From the NCBI GenBank assembly GCA_965656495.1, contig CBFHKU010000004.1:1-64000 (forward strand): 64,000 bases of DNA, written 5' to 3'. The DNA is from Coraliomargaritaceae bacterium (GTDB lineage Bacteria > Verrucomicrobiota > Verrucomicrobiia > Opitutales > Coraliomargaritaceae). How positions within the stretch are numbered: position 1 is the first letter of the stretch; every line of letters begins with the position of its first letter. The notes under the pieces are model-generated. The model saw nothing but the letters and a program-made list of their open reading frames with translations. It was not told where the DNA came from and searched no databases. This document shows positions 60,253 to 64,000 of this stretch, one piece after another. Made by a program: the position numbers and the translations under genes.

Positions 60253-61335
60253 TTGAACGCTTTCTCACAGTCAAAACGGGTCGTCATCAAACTGGGCACC
60301 GGCGTGCTCACCTCCGGGATTGGGCAACTCGACACGACGCGCATTGCGACCCTGTGCCGGCAAGTGGGGCAACTGCGGGAGCAGGGCATGGAAGTGGTGC
60401 TGGTGAGTTCCGGCTCGATTGGATTGGGCATGGGGAAACTCGGTCTGGAGACCCGTCCCAAGGATTTGGCGACCTTGCAGGCCTGCGCTTCGATCGGGCA
60501 AACCATTCTGATCAATACCTGGCAGCAGGGCTTTGACCCGCAGGGCCTGACGGTGGCGCAAATACTTTTGACGCGGGAGGACTTGCGGACCCGTCACCGC
60601 CACAATGCCATTTGCAACACCCTCGAGCAATTGCTGCAGCGCGGGATCGTTCCGGTGGTGAACGAAAACGACACCGTCAGCGCGAGCGAAATCCAATTTG
60701 GCGACAACGACACCCTCTCGGCGCTGGTGGCAAGCGTGATGCATGCCGACCGGCTCTGCATCCTTTCCAACATTCCCGGACTGATGGATCTGGAGCATGG
60801 CGGTGCGGTGATTCCGGAAGTGCCCACGATCACGCCTGAAATCGAGGCGATGGCGAAGGGCACCCAACAAACGACCTCGGTGGGTGGAATGGTCAGCAAA
60901 CTCTCCGCCGCCAAGATCGCACAACGCGCGGGCTGTGGTGTTATTATCACGAGTGGCGAGAACGACCGCCTGGTCGATCAACTCCTGGCGGGCGAAGCGG
61001 TGGGGACATTCTTTCCGCCCAGCGAAAAACCGGTTCAGGCTCACAAACGCTGGATTGCGATTCTGGATCAGGTAAATGGCACCCTCTGCATTGATGCCGG
61101 TGCCGCTGAGGCAGTCCAAAACGGGGGCAAAAGCCTGCTCGCAGTTGGCATTGTTGAATGCGAGGGCGAGTTTGAAGCCGGGGATCTGGTACATGTCGAG
61201 GATGCGGACGGCAAGGGAATCGCTCAGGGCCTCAGCCGAATCGGTCGCCCGAGTCTGCAAACGATGCTGGACGAGGGAAAGACCAGCGCCGAAGTGGTGA
61301 TTCACCGCGACGAGTTGGTCCTGCTGGGCCAATAA
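60253..61335 (+). CDS. proB: Glutamate 5-kinase with PUA domain
   Basis: VIKLGT, VSSGS, NENDTV, FGDNDTLSA, GGMVSK, SLLAVG, IHRD. Confidence 0.96.
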   Translation: MNAFSQSKRVVIKLGTGVLTSGIGQLDTTRIATLCRQVGQLREQGMEVVLVSSGSIGLGMGKLGLETRPKDLATLQACASIGQTILINTWQQGFDPQGLTVAQILLTREDLRTRHRHNAICNTLEQLLQRGIVPVVNENDTVSASEIQFGDNDTLSALVASVMHADRLCILSNIPGLMDLEHGGAVIPEVPTITPEIEAMAKGTQQTTSVGGMVSKLSAAKIAQRAGCGVIITSGENDRLVDQLLAGEAVGTFFPPSEKPVQAHKRWIAILDQVNGTLCIDAGAAEAVQNGGKSLLAVGIVECEGEFEAGDLVHVEDADGKGIAQGLSRIGRPSLQTMLDEGKTSAEVVIHRDELVLLGQ

Positions 61336-61412
61336 GAACGCTTCCAGCCGATATGAACGGCTGAGAATCAGCGGCTGCCTACTGCGTGGTTTCAATTGCA
61401 ACAAACTGGCAC

Positions 61413-61848
61413 ATTCGTGCTTATTCGTTTCTATTCGTGGTTACCTTCAGTGTTCGGTGTTTAATGTTCGAGGTTCAATGTTCGAGATTCAGCGTTCGGC
61501 TATCGCGCTACTGCTTTTCAAGCCACGAAAAGCGACAGGATTGTCGCTTCCACGTTTAATCTTATTCGTTTCTATTCGTAGTTAACCTTCGGCGTTCGAC
61601 CTCCCCGACTGCTTTCCGACCGCACGAAAAGCGACAGGATTGTCGCTTCCACGTTTAATCTTATTCGTTTCTATTCGTGGTAAACCTTCAACGTTCGGTG
61701 TTCAATGTTCGAGGTTCAGCGTTCGGCTATCGCGCTACTGCTTTCCGATACCACGAAAAGCGACAGGATTGTCGCTTCCACGTTTAATCCCATTCGTGCT
61801 TATTCGTTTCTATTCGTGGTTAAGCTTCAGCGTTCGGCTATCGCGCTA
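61413..61848. repeat. Composite tandem array of 10-mer-periodic module, heptamer run and REP-like palindrome
   Basis: TTATTCGTTTCTATTCGT(G/A)G x4; variable heptamer runs (TTCAGCG/TTCGGTG/TTCAATG/TTCGAGG); identical AAGCGACA-GGAT-TGTCGCTT-CCAC x3 at 61530, 61629 and 61758. Confidence 0.92.
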
Positions 61849-63906
61849 GCGTTTCCGTTTTTTTGGAAGACCGGCGGCGTTGTATATCCCGGAGCGTTTG
61901 CGGCCTTTTTTGGATTTCCCGGCAGGAGACGGCGCTTGATCGGCGCCACCTTGTAGTTGTTCGATCTGGTCGCGGATGATGGCGGCTTTTTCGAAGGCGA
62001 GGTTGCGGGCGGCCTCCAGCATTTCCTCCTCCAGTTCCGCAATCACGGCGGCGCGATCGCGTCCATCGCCCTCCTCCACCAAATCGTTGGCATCGGTTTC
62101 CTCGTCGTATTTTTTACCGGGGGCTTGCAGACTTTCGTCGAGCCCGCGCTCCACACTGCGGGGGATGATCTTGTGTTCGGTATTATAGGCCAACTGTTTC
62201 TCGCGGCGGTAGGCGGTGGTGTCGAGGGTTTGACGAATCGAATCGGTAATAACATCGGCGTAGAGCAGGACGCGGCCCTTGACATGCCGCGCGGCACGGC
62301 CCGCGGTCTGAATCAAACTGGTGGCACTGCGGAGGAAGCCCTCCTTGTCGGCATCGAGGATCGCCACAAGGGCCACTTCCGGGAGGTCGAGCCCCTCGCG
62401 GAGCAAATTCACCCCCACCAATACATCGAAATCGCCCTTGCGGAGCCGACGCAGAATTTCAACCCGTTCAATCGCATCGATATCACTGTGGAGGTATTCA
62501 ACCTTGAGGCCCGCTTCGCGCAGGTATTCCGAGAGGTCCTCGGACATGCGCTTGGTGAGGGTCGTGATGAGGGTTCGCTCGCCGGCGGCAGTGGCATCGC
62601 GCACCGCCCCCATCACATCCTCGACCTGACCCTTGATGGGGCGGATCTCGAGTTCCGGATCCAGGAGTCCGGTGGGACGAATGACCTGCTCCGCGACGGT
62701 TTTGGAGACTTCCATTTCATGCTTCGCGGGGGTCGCGGAAACATAGATCGTCTGCCCCGTGATGGATTCAAATTCCTCAAAGGTTTGGGGGCGGTTATCG
62801 AGGGCGGAGGGCAAGCGGAAGCCGTAATCGACGAGGCGTTCCTTGCGGGCGCGGTCGCCATTATACATGGCGCGCACCTGCGGGAGCGTGGCGTGGCTTT
62901 CATCGACAAAAAGGAGGAAATCATCCGGGAAGAAATCCACGAGGCAAAAGGGTCGCTCGCCGGGTTTGCGGTCGGCGAGGTAACGGGAATAATTCTCGAT
63001 GCCGGTGCAGAAGCCCATCTCCTGAAGCAATTCGATATCATACTCGGTTCGCATTTTGATGCGCTGCGCTTCGAGGAGGCGGTTTTCCGACTCGAACCAC
63101 GCGACCCGTTGGTCGAGTTCGGCACGGATCCCCTGAATCGCTTTTTTGATTTTATCCTTGGGGGTGACATACTGCGTGGCGGGGTATAGATGGAATTGCT
63201 CAAGGGCGGCACCGGTCTCCCCGGTGAGGGGATCCAGTTCGCGAATGGATTCGATCTCATCGCCCCAGAAGTCGATTCGGATGGCGGTCTCGAGATAGGC
63301 GGGGAAGACATCCACGACATCGCCCCGCGCCCGGAAGGTGCAGCGTTTGAAATCGATGTCGTTGCGGTTGTAGAGGATTTCAACGAGGCGTTCGAGGAGG
63401 TCGTCGCGGGAGATTTCCATTCCGGGGGTGAGCGGGAGCATCATGTCCTTAAAATCCTCGGGCGAACCGAGGCCATAGATGCAGGAGACCGATGCCACCA
63501 CGATAACGTCGCGACGGCTTATGAGGGAGGAGGAGGCCGCGATGCGCAGGCGTTCAATCTCCTCATTGATGGAGGAGTCCTTCTCGATATAGGTATCGGT
63601 TTGCGGGATGTATGCCTCGGGTTGGTAGTAGTCGTAATAACTGACGAAATACTCGACGGCGTTGTCGGGAAAGAAGGCTTTGAATTCAGAGTAGAGTTGG
63701 GCGGCGAGGGTTTTGTTATGGGAGATAATGAGGGCGGGTCGCTGGAGTTCCTGAATGACGTTTGCCATCGTAAAGGTTTTGCCGGATCCGGTCACCCCCA
63801 GGAGGGTTTGGCGCGCCTGCCCTGCCCTTGCGCCCTGCACAAGGGTTTGGATCGCCTCGGGTTGATCCCCCTGCGGTGAGTATGCACTTTGTAATTTAAA
63901 CTCCAC
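61846..63906 (-). CDS. uvrB: Excinuclease ABC subunit B
   Basis: [35 protein letters not shown]-terminal UVR domain; likely GTG start at 63906. Confidence 0.98.
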   Translation of the reverse strand: MEFKLQSAYSPQGDQPEAIQTLVQGARAGQARQTLLGVTGSGKTFTMANVIQELQRPALIISHNKTLAAQLYSEFKAFFPDNAVEYFVSYYDYYQPEAYIPQTDTYIEKDSSINEEIERLRIAASSSLISRRDVIVVASVSCIYGLGSPEDFKDMMLPLTPGMEISRDDLLERLVEILYNRNDIDFKRCTFRARGDVVDVFPAYLETAIRIDFWGDEIESIRELDPLTGETGAALEQFHLYPATQYVTPKDKIKKAIQGIRAELDQRVAWFESENRLLEAQRIKMRTEYDIELLQEMGFCTGIENYSRYLADRKPGERPFCLVDFFPDDFLLFVDESHATLPQVRAMYNGDRARKERLVDYGFRLPSALDNRPQTFEEFESITGQTIYVSATPAKHEMEVSKTVAEQVIRPTGLLDPELEIRPIKGQVEDVMGAVRDATAAGERTLITTLTKRMSEDLSEYLREAGLKVEYLHSDIDAIERVEILRRLRKGDFDVLVGVNLLREGLDLPEVALVAILDADKEGFLRSATSLIQTAGRAARHVKGRVLLYADVITDSIRQTLDTTAYRREKQLAYNTEHKIIPRSVERGLDESLQAPGKKYDEETDANDLVEEGDGRDRAAVIAELEEEMLEAARNLAFEKAAIIRDQIEQLQGGADQAPSPAGKSKKGRKRSGIYNAAGLPKKRKR

Positions 63907-64000
63907 CCAACTGAGGGTGTCGAGCAAACGGGGTTCTGCAAGCGGAAGCCGTGAAAATAACGGCGGGGTTGGACAATTCAAGGCGATGCCCTATCTTTGC

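Noticed and set aside
57845..61848. Repeat arrays as CRISPR
   Set aside because: Sequence between the repeats is itself repeated, there are no unique constant-length spacers, and no cas genes are present.
1..64000. tRNA, rRNA, transposase, integrase or prophage genes
   Set aside because: None recognisable by eye in the ORF set or intergenic regions.

Overview
Chromosomal segment, most likely from a Verrucomicrobiota (Opitutales/Coraliomargarita-like) bacterium. This taxonomy is inferred from the PEP-CTERM protein, the many sulfatases, the XylR-type regulators and the SD-less leaders. Left to right: (1) 1-11.5 kb, a sugar-utilisation cluster (GH78-like rhamnosidase cut by the window edge, GH94 phosphorylase, lipoprotein, sugar porter, DUF5107-TPR protein, AraC). 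(2) 12-21 kb, housekeeping genes (clpX-clpP-tig, aroK, Dus, sucCD). (3) 21-51 kb, a xylose/sulfated-xylan catabolic region (SSS transporter, XylR-type regulators, xylA, xylulokinase, metY, six sulfatases, GH10, GH50-like, GH151-like, PEP-CTERM protein, GPH transporter, GH52). (4) 51-57.7 kb, nickel-pincer (NPN) cofactor genes larE/larC/larB with no larA, flanked by a tiny His-rich HupE/UreJ-like protein, an EamA transporter, a Tat-exported aldo-keto-reductase-fold protein and a rhodanese-MauE-DUF1573 operon. (5) pyrH-frr-proB and uvrB. Three intergenic regions (11.7, 57.8-58.7 and 61.4-61.85 kb) carry modular degenerate repeat arrays that share motifs. Best candidates for new biology are the Tat-AKR as a non-LarA, exported NPN-dependent enzyme, and the modular repeat arrays at which local GC skew appears to flip. 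Family calls come from motif recognition only; no searches were run.
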